64,000 bases of DNA from Alphaproteobacteria bacterium (GCA_965227515.1 CBDDFZ010000001.1:256001-320000), one strand, 5' to 3'. Counted from the stretch's first letter, positions 41,762 through 50,779 are shown. The notes: a model not told the origin generated them from the letters alone. Program-made: numbers and translations.

Positions 41762-42523
41762 ATGCAGGGCAATACCGCACAGCACGACAACGGCACCGTC
41801 GACGCCAACGAGGCGGCCAAATTCGCCGCCATCGCCGCCGAATGGTGGGATCCGAACGGCAAGTTCCGGCCCTTGCACCGGTTCAACCCGACCCGGCTGG
41901 AGTTCATCCGCGCCCGGGCCTGCAATCATTTCGTCCGCGACCCGGCGCGGCTGGACGCACTGGCCGGGCTCAAGGTGCTCGACATCGGCTGCGGCGGCGG
42001 GCTGATCGCCGAGCCGATGGCGCGAATGGGCGCCGAGGTGACCGGCATCGACGTGACGGCGCGCAGCATCGCGGTCGCCCGCCACCATGCCGAGGCGCAG
42101 GGGGTCGACGTCACCTACCGCGAGGCGACGGCGGAGGCGCTGGCCGAGGAAGGGGCGCGCTTCGACCTGGTGCTGACGCTGGAAGTCGTCGAGCACGTGG
42201 CCGACGTGGACCTGTTCCTGCACGCCGCCGGCAGCCTGGTGGCACCGGGCGGCATGCTGATCGCCGCTACCCTGAACCGGACCAAGCGCGCCTTCGCCTT
42301 TGCCATCGTCGGCGCGGAATACGTGCTCGGCTGGCTGCCGCGCGGCACCCACGACTGGCGCAAGTTCGTGAAACCGTCGGAGATGGCGCGCGGGCTGCGC
42401 ACGGCAGGGCTGTCGCCCGTGGAGGTGACGGGCGTCGTCTACAACCCGCTGTCGGGCGAATGGCGCCTCAACCCGCGCGACGTGGCGGTCAACTACATGA
42501 TGGTCGCGACCCGCCCGGTGTGA
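41762..42523 (+). CDS. ubiG: Ubiquinone biosynthesis O-methyltransferase
   Basis: WWDPNGKFRPLH, LDIGCGGG, EVVEHV, PRGTH. Confidence 0.95.
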   Translation: MQGNTAQHDNGTVDANEAAKFAAIAAEWWDPNGKFRPLHRFNPTRLEFIRARACNHFVRDPARLDALAGLKVLDIGCGGGLIAEPMARMGAEVTGIDVTARSIAVARHHAEAQGVDVTYREATAEALAEEGARFDLVLTLEVVEHVADVDLFLHAAGSLVAPGGMLIAATLNRTKRAFAFAIVGAEYVLGWLPRGTHDWRKFVKPSEMARGLRTAGLSPVEVTGVVYNPLSGEWRLNPRDVAVNYMMVATRPV

Positions 42524-42570
42524 TTTCGGCTGGCCGGCCCTGCTCGTCGGCACTAGACTGCGTTTGCCTA

Positions 42571-42719
42571 TCCAAGTGCGGCTAGGGTTCCGTCACAGCG
42601 GCGCAAGACCGTCGCTGTGGGCCTGGACCGAGCGCCGTTATGAGCCGACGTCTCCAAGAGCACCGCTTTGGCGACACCGCGGCAGACACCTTAAGGACCA
42701 AAAGGCCAGGGGGGTTGGA
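42571..42719 (+). ncRNA. ykkC-family riboswitch, subtype-2-like variant
   Basis: AAGTG-CGGC-TAGGGTTCCG...CTGGACCGAGC-GCCG...ACACCTTAAGGACCAAAAGGCCAGGGGG, with closing helix TCCAA/TTGGA; ends 47 nt before the EamA ATG. Confidence 0.8.
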
Positions 42720-42766
42720 CGGGCGCGCTGACGCGCGCCTGCAACCCAAAGCCCCTGAGGTGGCTC

Positions 42767-43624
42767 ATGTCTGTTCCTGGCCTGCTGCTCGTTCTTGCCG
42801 CCGCCATCTGCCACGCGACCTGGAATTTCCAGGTCAAGAGGATCGGCGGCGGACCCGAACTGGTCTGGCTGTTCTCGGTCATCAGCACGGTCGTCTATCT
42901 GCCGATCGCCGTCATCGTGGTCATCGTCGACGAACCGGCCTTCACCGGCTGGCAGTTGGCGTTCATTGCCGGCAGCGCATGCCTGCACATGGCCTATTTC
43001 CTGCTGCTGCAACAAGGTTACCGGCGGGGCGACCTGTCGCTGGTCTACCCCACGGCGCGCGCCACCGGCCCGCTGCTGTCGACAGCGTTCGCGGTGGTCG
43101 TGCTCAGCGAGACGCTGACCGTCCAGGCTGCCATCGGCGCGACAGTGGTCGTCGTCGGCGTGGTGTGCCTGAGCGGCGGACTGCGGCGCGGGGCCCGCAA
43201 GCTCGCGATCTCGCTCGGCTTCGGTGTTGCCATCGGCTGCCTGATCGCGACCTATACGGTTTGGGACGCCTATGCGGTCACCGCGCTGATGGTGCCGCCG
43301 CTGCTGATGGACTATGGGTCGGGCGCATTGCGCGCGGCGGCGCTGGCGCCCTGGGGCATTCGCCGCTGGGAACAGGTCAGGCGGCACTGGCGCGACCACC
43401 CGGTCGCCGTGCTCGCCATCGCGCTGTTCAACCCGCTGGCCTACATCCTGGTCCTGTATGCGCTGACCTTCACGCCCGTGGTCTACGTGGCGCCGACACG
43501 CGAGCTCAGCGTGGTGATCGCGGTCATCATGGGGTCTGTGCTGCTGGGCGAGGGCGACCTTCGCCGCCGCCTGCTGTGGGCGACCGTCATCCTGGCCGGC
43601 GTCAGCCTGCTGGCAACCGGATAG
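42767..43624 (+). CDS. EamA/DMT family transporter
   Basis: HATWN, GYRRGDLSLVYP.AR, APTRELSV; about 10 TM in two repeats. Confidence 0.88.
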   Translation: MSVPGLLLVLAAAICHATWNFQVKRIGGGPELVWLFSVISTVVYLPIAVIVVIVDEPAFTGWQLAFIAGSACLHMAYFLLLQQGYRRGDLSLVYPTARATGPLLSTAFAVVVLSETLTVQAAIGATVVVVGVVCLSGGLRRGARKLAISLGFGVAIGCLIATYTVWDAYAVTALMVPPLLMDYGSGALRAAALAPWGIRRWEQVRRHWRDHPVAVLAIALFNPLAYILVLYALTFTPVVYVAPTRELSVVIAVIMGSVLLGEGDLRRRLLWATVILAGVSLLATG

Positions 43625-43748
43625 ATCGGGATCAGCTTACGCTGAATCTGCCCCAGCCCTCTCCCCCACCCGGCCACCCAGCAGGATACTCTCGTGGGTG
43701 GCCGGGTGGGGGAGAGGGTCGGTGCCGACTCAAATGATCATGCTCTAG
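43622..43748 (+). mobile_element. MITE/RIME-like element, family B copy 1
   Basis: 127 bp TAGATCGGGATC...GATCATGCTCTAG with central hairpin CCCTCTCCCCCACCCGGCCACCCA/TGGGTGGCCGGGTGGGGGAGAGGG; inverted copy at 50627-50753. Confidence 0.8.
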
Positions 43749-43757
43749 CGGAGGCCC

Positions 43758-44312
43758 TCAGGCCCAGAACCCGGCGGGCGCGCCGCGCCAGGGCGGGGCG
43801 AGGCCGTCGATGGCGGCCAGTCGCGGGCAGTCCTCGGCATGGGCGCCCGGCAGGTAGCCGATGCCGATCAGGAACGAGCCGGTGATCTCGCCGCCGGTGA
43901 ACTTGAAGGTCTTCTTGAACAGCTTGACCCAGTCCTCCTTGCGACGCGGGTGATGGGCGGCGAGCCAGGCGGCGAACCCGCCATGGCTGTCGCGCAGGCC
44001 CTGGACGACGCGCGCATTATGGATCGCCGCGTTCACCTTCAGCGCGTTGCGCACCACGCCGGGGTCGGCGAGCAGGCGCTCCCGGTCGGCCTCGTGGAAC
44101 GCCGCCACCTTGTCGACGTCGAACCCGGCATAGGCGGCCGCCAGGCTGGCACGCTTTTGCAGCACCAGGCCCCAGTTCAGCCCGGCCTGGGTGATTTCCA
44201 GCATCAGGCGCTCGAACAGCCTGGTCTCGTCGGTCTCGGGCACGCCGTACTCGGCGTCGTGATAGGGGCCGTGCAGCGGGTTGGCAGCGGCATAGGCGCA
44301 ATAGCCGGACAT
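43758..44312 (-). CDS. tag: DNA-3-methyladenine glycosylase I
   Basis: YHDAEYG, LEITQAGLNW, VRNALK, FKFTGGEI, HAEDC. Confidence 0.9.
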   Translation of the reverse strand: MSGYCAYAAANPLHGPYHDAEYGVPETDETRLFERLMLEITQAGLNWGLVLQKRASLAAAYAGFDVDKVAAFHEADRERLLADPGVVRNALKVNAAIHNARVVQGLRDSHGGFAAWLAAHHPRRKEDWVKLFKKTFKFTGGEITGSFLIGIGYLPGAHAEDCPRLAAIDGLAPPWRGAPAGFWA

Positions 44313-44407
44313 CGGGCAGCTCTCGGTCGGGTGACGGGCGGGGTGGATATGACCATCGCCCAACCCTCCTGACAACATGGCGTCAGGAGGGTATGACCGG
44401 GCACGCG

Positions 44408-44944
44408 CTACCAGTCGTACGGCTCGATGTCCTGCGCCTCGATCAGATAGCCGGCGCTGGCGATCTCGGTGTCGATGGACGACGCGGTCAGAATGCCGGT
44501 GACATAGACCGCCTCGAACAGGTCATCGACCTGATAGGGCTTCTTGGTGGTGACATAGACAAGCTGGTTCGGCGGCGGCGGCGGCACGTGGATGCAGGCC
44601 CCGATATAGGGGACCAGGATGAACTCGGTCACCCCGACACCGGCGAAGTCGAACGGCACCACGAAGCCCGGCAGCCTGACCACCTCGCCATTGTACTGGG
44701 TCACGACCTGGTTGCCGTAGGCCTCCAGCGTCTGCATGGCCTGGACGTCGTCGTGCTGCATGATGCCCAGCCCCTCCAGGATGCGGTCGATCTCCGCATC
44801 CTCGGGCAAAAGGTCGTCCCAGGTGATGACAATGGGCAGGTCGTCGGCCTGCGCATTGCCCGTCGCCAAGACTGCGGTGGCCGCGATCAGCGCCGCCGCG
44901 CATGTTCGAACGGTTCGGTTGCGAATGGTTCGGTCGGGGACCAT
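44408..44944 (-). CDS. DUF3299 periplasmic protein
   Basis: ITWDDLLP, LPGFVVP, EFILVPYIGACIHVPPPPPNQ. Confidence 0.88.
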   Translation of the reverse strand: MVPDRTIRNRTVRTCAAALIAATAVLATGNAQADDLPIVITWDDLLPEDAEIDRILEGLGIMQHDDVQAMQTLEAYGNQVVTQYNGEVVRLPGFVVPFDFAGVGVTEFILVPYIGACIHVPPPPPNQLVYVTTKKPYQVDDLFEAVYVTGILTASSIDTEIASAGYLIEAQDIEPYDW

Positions 44945-44969
44945 GCGTTCTCTCCCAGGCTGAGGAATA

Positions 44970-46226
44970 TCAGACACGGACGGTCATGCCGTCCGCCAGC
45001 GACAGTCGATAGGCGCGATAGGTCGGCGCCAGCCCGATCACCGTGCCGGCCGCGACGATGATCGCCAGCATCATGAGCTCGAACCCGGCCGGCGGCGCGA
45101 TCTGAACGTAGAGCCCGAACTCGGCGTCGATCCACGGGCGGGCGGCGAACAGGCCGGCATAGAGCAGCAGGGTGCCGGCGATCACCCCCGCCACCGAGAT
45201 CATGAACGCTTCCAGCGTCAGCAACCCGGCCACGATGTGCGGCCGCGCGCCGACCGCGCGCAGGATCGCCATCTCGCGCCGGCGCTCGTTCAGCGTGGAC
45301 AGGATCATGATCATCATCCCGATCAGCGCGGTCAGCACCACCATCGCGGAAACAAGCCCCAGCGCAGTCTCGGCGGTGGAAATGAGGCCCCACAGCTCCT
45401 GCAGCGCCACCCCGGGCAGGATCGCCAGCAATGGCTCCTCCGGGTACTCGTTGATCGCGCGCTGCACGCCGAACACGGCCATCCGCGACGCCATGCCGAC
45501 CATCGCCGCGGTAACGGCCTTCGGCGTCAGGTCCATCTCGCGCACCCGGTCCGCTGGTACGCCGGGACCGATTTGCGCGCCGGACCGCCAATCGACATGG
45601 ATCGCCTCGATCGCCTCCAGGCTGACGAACACGGTGCGGTCGACCGGCGTGCCTGTCTTGGCCAGCACCCCGGCGACGCGGAACGGCTTGTCGTCGTGCT
45701 CGGCGAAGCTGCCGGCACCGATGCCATGCGCCACGACAATGGGCGCGTCGACCCGATAGCCCAGGTCGGCGGCGACGTCCGCGCCGAGCACGGCGTCGAA
45801 CAGGTCGTCGAACACACCACCCTCGTCGAACGCCAGCGCGCGGCCGCCACGGTATTGATAGCGTTCGAAGAACGCCTGGCTCGTGCCCATCACCCGGAAG
45901 CCGCGATGGCTGTCGCCGAGGGAGATCGGCACGATCCATTCCACCCCCTCCATCGCGGCGATGTCCTGATAGCTCTCCCAGGTGATGTTGTTGGTGGCGT
46001 TGCCGATGCGGAACACGGCGTAGAGCAGCAATTGCACCGGCCCGCTGCGCGCGCCGACGATCAGGTCGGTGCCTGAGATGGTGTCGGCAAAGCTCTGGCG
46101 GGCGCCGAGGCGGACCTTCTCCACACCCAGGAACAGCGCCGTGCTGAGCGCGAGCGCCAGGATCGTCAGGCCCACCGTCAGCCAGCGGGTGCGCAGGGAG
46201 CGCATGGCCAGTCGCAGCAGAATCAT
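44970..46226 (-). CDS. MacB/FtsX-like ABC permease of zrg-type cluster
   Basis: SGTDLIVGARSG..QLLLY.VF.IG, PISLGDSHRG, ERRREMAILRAVGA. Confidence 0.9.
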   Translation of the reverse strand: MILLRLAMRSLRTRWLTVGLTILALALSTALFLGVEKVRLGARQSFADTISGTDLIVGARSGPVQLLLYAVFRIGNATNNITWESYQDIAAMEGVEWIVPISLGDSHRGFRVMGTSQAFFERYQYRGGRALAFDEGGVFDDLFDAVLGADVAADLGYRVDAPIVVAHGIGAGSFAEHDDKPFRVAGVLAKTGTPVDRTVFVSLEAIEAIHVDWRSGAQIGPGVPADRVREMDLTPKAVTAAMVGMASRMAVFGVQRAINEYPEEPLLAILPGVALQELWGLISTAETALGLVSAMVVLTALIGMMIMILSTLNERRREMAILRAVGARPHIVAGLLTLEAFMISVAGVIAGTLLLYAGLFAARPWIDAEFGLYVQIAPPAGFELMMLAIIVAAGTVIGLAPTYRAYRLSLADGMTVRV

Positions 46227-46930
46227 GTGCCGCCTCCAGTGACGATGTCCTCCAGCCTGACGACCTTGTCGAAATGGGGCGCGAGGCCCTCGTCGTGGCT
46301 GACCATCAGCAGGCTGGCATCCGCCGCCGCCAACTGCCGTAACAGCACATCCAGGAACGCATCGCGGGCGCGAGTGTCCAGGGCGGACGTCGGTTCGTCG
46401 GCGACGATCAGCCCGGGTGCGCCGATCAAGGCACGCGCCGCCGCCACCCGCTGTTGCTGGCCGACGCTGAGGCGGCTGGCGGGCCCGGCGGTTGCCAGGT
46501 CCGACGCAATGCCGAGCGCGTCCAGCAGCGCCAGAGCCTGCTGGCGAACATCCGCCGGCGCCGCCCCCATTTGGCGCCGGCGCTCCGGCGCGAAACGCAG
46601 CGCCAGAAGCACGTTGTCCAATCCCGACACGAACGGGATCAGATTGAACATCTGAAAGATCACGCCGATATGCTCGGCGCGGAAGCGGTCGCGACGGGCC
46701 GCCGACATTGCAGACAGCGCCTGCCCCAGCACCGTGACTTCGCCGTGGCGCGGCGCGTTGATGCCGCAGATCAGGCCAAGCAGTGTCGACTTGCCGCTGC
46801 CCGACGGCCCCACCAGCAGCAGGCGCTCCCGCCGCGCGACGTCGAGTGCTTTCACATCCAGCGAGAAACCGTGGCGACGCTGCCAGCGGAAATGCACATC
46901 GCGCAGGGCAAGTGCGGCGCCGTCAACCAC
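46223..46930 (-). CDS. ABC transporter ATP-binding protein of zrg-type cluster
   Basis: GPSGSGKST, LSVGQQQR, ADEPTSALD. Confidence 0.92.
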   Translation of the reverse strand: MVDGAALALRDVHFRWQRRHGFSLDVKALDVARRERLLLVGPSGSGKSTLLGLICGINAPRHGEVTVLGQALSAMSAARRDRFRAEHIGVIFQMFNLIPFVSGLDNVLLALRFAPERRRQMGAAPADVRQQALALLDALGIASDLATAGPASRLSVGQQQRVAAARALIGAPGLIVADEPTSALDTRARDAFLDVLLRQLAAADASLLMVSHDEGLAPHFDKVVRLEDIVTGGGT

Positions 46931-46963
46931 CGGTCTGCTCGGCCGCGCGCCGCGCCGGGCCGG

Positions 46964-47653
46964 CTAGATCGAACCGGTCAGGTCGAGAACCGGGTTGTCG
47001 CGCTCGACCTCATAGCCGAAGGAGCCGGCCGCCGACAGCATCTGCACGTCCAGTTCGACCGCATTCGGAAACGCGTCGAAGTAGGCGAAGTCGATGCTCG
47101 TGATGACCTCGACCTCGGCACACGCCAGTTCGTAGGCGGCGCGAAACTCGGTGTGGCTTTCCTCATGCTCGGCATGCTCGTCCGCGTGATCGTCGCCATG
47201 GTCGTCATGGTGCTCATCGGCATGTTCATCATGGTAATCGTCGTCATGATCCTCGGCGTGCTCATCCGCGTGATCGTCGTCGTGTTCGTCCGCGTGATCC
47301 TCATGATGGTCGTCGTCATGGTCGTCCTCTCCGACCAGTGTCGCCCGCGCGTCGACCACTTGGCAGCCCGCCGCCTCCGGCAACACGAACAGGTCCAACG
47401 GTCGCGCCAGCACCGCGATGGCGTCCTCGATGAGCGCCCGGTCCTCATCCGTTTCGGCGGGGTGCTCGAAGCCGACGATATCCGCGCCGGGCGCCTCAAG
47501 CTCGATGAAGACATGGTGGCCTTCGACCGCGATGTTGAAGGTGCCGTGGCCGTGCTCATGAGCGCCAAGCTCGCGGGACGGCTCCTCCGCGCTGGCGACG
47601 TTCGTGATGGCCGCAACCGCGCCGGCAGCGATGAACAATGAACGCGTCGACAT
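46964..47653 (-). CDS. zrgA: DUF2796/ZrgA-family His-rich periplasmic zinc-binding protein
   Basis: Signal peptide, AHEHG, PGADIVGFEH, long His/Asp/Glu tract, H.EF.A.Y...C. Confidence 0.85.
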   Translation of the reverse strand: MSTRSLFIAAGAVAAITNVASAEEPSRELGAHEHGHGTFNIAVEGHHVFIELEAPGADIVGFEHPAETDEDRALIEDAIAVLARPLDLFVLPEAAGCQVVDARATLVGEDDHDDDHHEDHADEHDDDHADEHAEDHDDDYHDEHADEHHDDHGDDHADEHAEHEESHTEFRAAYELACAEVEVITSIDFAYFDAFPNAVELDVQMLSAAGSFGYEVERDNPVLDLTGSI

Positions 47654-47700
47654 CTTCGATCTTCCCCTGATGGCACCGTACAATTGGGCAGTCGGGCAGT

Positions 47701-47736
47701 CGGCCATTCGGCCATTCGGCCATTCGGCCATTCGGC
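47701..47736. repeat. 8-bp tandem repeat (CGGCCATT)x4.5 in the zrgA leader
   Basis: cggccatt cggccatt cggccatt cggccatt cggc. Confidence 0.9.
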
Positions 47737-47770
47737 AATCTAGTGACCGGTGCGCGCTGCGTCGCGTGAA

Positions 47771-47790
47771 TGTTATGTTATTACATAACA
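47771..47790. promoter_or_regulatory. Zur-binding box
   Basis: Near-perfect palindrome TGTTATGTTATTACATAACA upstream of a His-rich metal-uptake operon. Confidence 0.8.
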
Positions 47791-47880
47791 GACACATGGT
47801 GTTGCAAGGGCGATGTTTCGGCAGCCGGCAATCGGGGAGGTTATCGTCGCGATGCCACCCGGGCAGATTACGGTGGAATA

Positions 47881-47959
47881 CGGTGACAGTTTACTAATTA
47901 CTTCTCAGGGAATGCGCAGATGACCTAGGGGGGCGGTTGTAATTAGTAAACTGTCACCG
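47881..47959. repeat. 79-bp element with perfect 21-bp terminal inverted repeats
   Basis: CGGTGACAGTTTACTAATTAC-N37-GTAATTAGTAAACTGTCACCG. Confidence 0.85.
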
Positions 47960-47970
47960 AAATATTGCTG

Positions 47971-48615
47971 TCAGCTCGATGCGAAGCCGGTTACGGCGTC
48001 CGCCGCCTCGTCCCAGGCCTGGTCGGCGGTGCGGCCGCTGCGTTTCAGCGGCTTCAGGTCGTGGTCGCCGCCCTCGATCCAGGTGACACTCACCGCCTCT
48101 GAGAGCGAATAAGCGGTGACCTCGTCAGGTCGGCCGAACGGGTCGCGGGTGCCTTGCACGATCAGGGTCGGCGTGCGCTGGCCCTCCAGGTGCGCGGTGC
48201 GGGTCTTCTCCGGCTTGCCGGGCGGGTGGAACGGGTAGCCGAGACAGGCGACGCCAACGATGGGCAGGCCGTCATCGGCGAACGGATCGGCGACCATGGA
48301 GGCCACCCGGCCGCCCATCGACTTGCCGCCAATGACGATGCGTGCGTCCGGCCTGGCCGCGGCAACATTCTCGACCACCGCGCGGAAGCGCTCGGTCAGC
48401 GCCGGCATCCGGTCCGGGCCCTTCTTCTTGCCCTCGGTGCGGCGCGCCGCCATGTAGGCGAACTCGAACCGCACCACCGCAAGCCCGCGTTCGGCGAGGC
48501 GCGCGGCGATACCGGTCATGAAGGGGCTGTCCATCGGGGCGCCGGCGCCGTGGGCCAGCACGACGACCATCGCCGCATCGGCGGGCCCGTCGACCAGCAG
48601 GTCACCGGCCAGCAT
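47971..48615 (-). CDS. Alpha/beta hydrolase family protein
   Basis: LAHGAGAPMDS, GGKSMGGR nucleophile elbow, GYPFHPPG, QGTRDPFG, GDH. Confidence 0.9.
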   Translation of the reverse strand: MLAGDLLVDGPADAAMVVVLAHGAGAPMDSPFMTGIAARLAERGLAVVRFEFAYMAARRTEGKKKGPDRMPALTERFRAVVENVAAARPDARIVIGGKSMGGRVASMVADPFADDGLPIVGVACLGYPFHPPGKPEKTRTAHLEGQRTPTLIVQGTRDPFGRPDEVTAYSLSEAVSVTWIEGGDHDLKPLKRSGRTADQAWDEAADAVTGFASS

Positions 48616-48621
48616 GGGACG

Positions 48622-49143
48622 CTAGCGCTTGCGGAAGGCGTCCAACGCCACGACGTTGTCGTCGCCCGACGCGGCGTCGCCGTCTTCGGCGATCTCCAGG
48701 TCCGACGTGGGCTGGTCCCCGCCCTGCTGATCCTCGGTCTTGGTCTCGGCCAATTCGTCGGACATGCCGAGCTTGGCCGTGCCATCGGCGGACTCGCCCT
48801 TGAACTGCAGGCCGAAATTGACCGATGGGTCGGCAAACCCGGTCAGCGCGGCGAACGGCACCACCAGGCGCTCGTGGTGCTTGTTGAAGCTGAGGGTGAC
48901 CGCGAAATGGTCTTCCAACACCTCCAGGCCCCAGAACTTGTGCTGGAGCACGATGGTCATCTCCTCCGGGTACTTGGCGACCAGGAAGTCCGCGATGTCC
49001 ACGCCGGGCGCGGAGGTGCGGAATGTGATGTAGAGGTGGTGATTGCCCGGCAGCCCGTCTTCCGCCACCGTTTCCAGCGTGCGGCGCACCACCCCGCGCA
49101 GGGCGTCTTCGACAAACGTGTCATAGCGGATCAGCGGCGTCAT
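48622..49143 (-). CDS. sspB: ClpXP adaptor SspB (alphaproteobacterial type)
   Basis: IRYD...ALRGVV, YPEEMTIVLQH.FW, F.DPSVNFGLQF, C-terminal VVALDAFRKR; immediately downstream of ssrA. Confidence 0.93.
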   Translation of the reverse strand: MTPLIRYDTFVEDALRGVVRRTLETVAEDGLPGNHHLYITFRTSAPGVDIADFLVAKYPEEMTIVLQHKFWGLEVLEDHFAVTLSFNKHHERLVVPFAALTGFADPSVNFGLQFKGESADGTAKLGMSDELAETKTEDQQGGDQPTSDLEIAEDGDAASGDDNVVALDAFRKR

Positions 49144-49199
49144 CGACCGGGCGGCTCCCGTGAGTTTCTGCGGGCGCGCCGGCGGCCGCGCCAAATCAG

Positions 49200-49477
49200 T
49201 GGGGGGCTTCTGTTGCCCGGCGCCCCCCGAAACCGCGCTTACCTAAATTTAGGCAGCGAGTGCGATTTCGTTATCGTTCGCACCTAGGTTTTGGCCCGAT
49301 AACGGCGGTACCATGCCGGGCGAAAGCACTGTCTTTACACGCACGTCGATCCTGTTTCGCCCCCATGATGCGCCCTGGAAACCCGGGCGGATAATGGTGG
49401 AGGCGCCGGGTACTGCCCCCGGGTCCGCAACGCTTATTTCACAGACCGTTTATCGCCATAGCCGAGCAAGCCCGGCA
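49200..49477 (-). ncRNA. ssrA: Two-piece (circularly permuted) tmRNA; tag (A)ANDNEIALAA
   Basis: Acceptor piece ends ...GCAGTACCCGGCGCCTCCACCA at 49395; coding piece starts GGGGGCGAAACAGGATCGAC at 49364; tag ORF 49281-49249; TATAAT at 49488-49483. Outer ends approximate. Confidence 0.95.
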
Positions 49478-49610
49478 GTAAGATTATAAAGGACGTTTTG
49501 CGGTGATTTAAAGGCCCGAGGGCGTTCGGCGGGCCGAAATGCGATTCGGCACGCCGGGACTCGCATTGCTATAGTCGCCACCCGTTCCGCCGCAAGATCA
49601 CGAGTCGCCC

Positions 49611-50630
49611 GTGCCCCTCACATCGCTCGAACAAGAGGAAATCGACCGCCAGCGCGCCCAGTCCGCCGCCACCCGGCGTATGTGCGTGCCGGCACTGGAG
49701 GAGGAGCTGTTCTCCGCCATCCCGGTGCTGGACCACGGGTTCGTGCGGGTGGTCGACTACATGGGCAGCGACGAGGCGGTGGTGCAGGCGGCGCGCGTGT
49801 CCTATGGCAGCGGCACCAAGCAGGTCTCCAACGACCGCGGGCTGATCCGCTATTTGATGCGCCACCGGCACACCACGCCGTTCGAAATGTGCGAGATCAA
49901 GTTCCATGTGAAGCTGCCGATCTTCGTCGCCCGCCAGTGGATCCGGCACCGCACCGCCAACGTGAACGAATATTCCGCCCGCTATTCCCGCATGGACCGG
50001 GAGTTCTACGTGCCGGATGCGGACTATCTGAGCGGCCTGATCGCGGGCAAGAAGGCCGACGAGCGCCAGTTGAAGCTGTTCGGCGGCGAGGAAGCCGCGG
50101 CCCCCACCGCCACCGGGCTGCAATCGACCACCAACAAGCAGGGCCGCGAGACCGGCCTGGATGTCGAGGAGGTGGGCGACGCCATCGGCAAGATCGACCG
50201 CATCTCGAAGCAGGCGTACGGCACGTACACCACGCTATTGAACGAGGACGAGCGCGGCCGCAAGAAGGACGAGAATCGCACCGGCCTGGCGCGCGAGCTG
50301 GCCCGCATGGTACTGCCGGTCAACGTCTATACCCAGTGGTACTGGAAGATCGACCTGCACAATCTGCTCCATTTCATCAGCCTGCGCGCCGACGCCCACG
50401 CGCAATACGAGATCAGGGCCTATGCCGATGTGCTGGCGGACGTGACCAAGAAGTGGATGCCGCTGACGTTCGAGGCGTTCGAGGACTATGTGCAGGGCGC
50501 CGCCAACCTGTCGCGCGGCGCGCTCGACGTGGTGCGCCGCCTGCTCGCCCGCGAAGAGGTGACCCAGGAGAACAGCGGGCTCACCAAGCGGGAATGGCTG
50601 GAACTGAAGGCCCAGGGGCTGGTCGGTTAG
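49611..50630 (+). CDS. thyX: FAD-dependent thymidylate synthase
   Basis: [37 protein letters not shown]. Confidence 0.95.
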   Translation: MPLTSLEQEEIDRQRAQSAATRRMCVPALEEELFSAIPVLDHGFVRVVDYMGSDEAVVQAARVSYGSGTKQVSNDRGLIRYLMRHRHTTPFEMCEIKFHVKLPIFVARQWIRHRTANVNEYSARYSRMDREFYVPDADYLSGLIAGKKADERQLKLFGGEEAAAPTATGLQSTTNKQGRETGLDVEEVGDAIGKIDRISKQAYGTYTTLLNEDERGRKKDENRTGLARELARMVLPVNVYTQWYWKIDLHNLLHFISLRADAHAQYEIRAYADVLADVTKKWMPLTFEAFEDYVQGAANLSRGALDVVRRLLAREEVTQENSGLTKREWLELKAQGLVG

Positions 50631-50753
50631 AGCATGATCAATTAAGTCGGCACCGGCCCTCTCCCCCACCCGACCGCCCACGAAAGTATCCTGCTGGGTG
50701 GCCGGGTGGGGGAGAGGGCTGGCGCAGATTCAGCGTAAGCTGATCCCGATCTA
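50627..50753 (-). mobile_element. MITE/RIME-like element, family B copy 2
   Basis: Reverse-complement homologue of 43622-43748; overlaps the thyX TAG. Confidence 0.8.
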
Positions 50754-50779
50754 AAAGACTCAGCCGCCCCGGTCGCGAC

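Noticed and set aside
42571-42719. Plain guanidine-I riboswitch call
   Set aside because: Not adopted because the 3' tail lacks the CGG.GGGAUAAAAGCCCGGGAG pattern and a P0 helix with 5' AAGUG is present. It cannot be fully excluded without covariance-model comparison.
47160-47330. Repetitive His/Asp-rich DNA as a possible repeat array
   Set aside because: It is the coding metal-binding tract of the ZrgA/DUF2796 protein.
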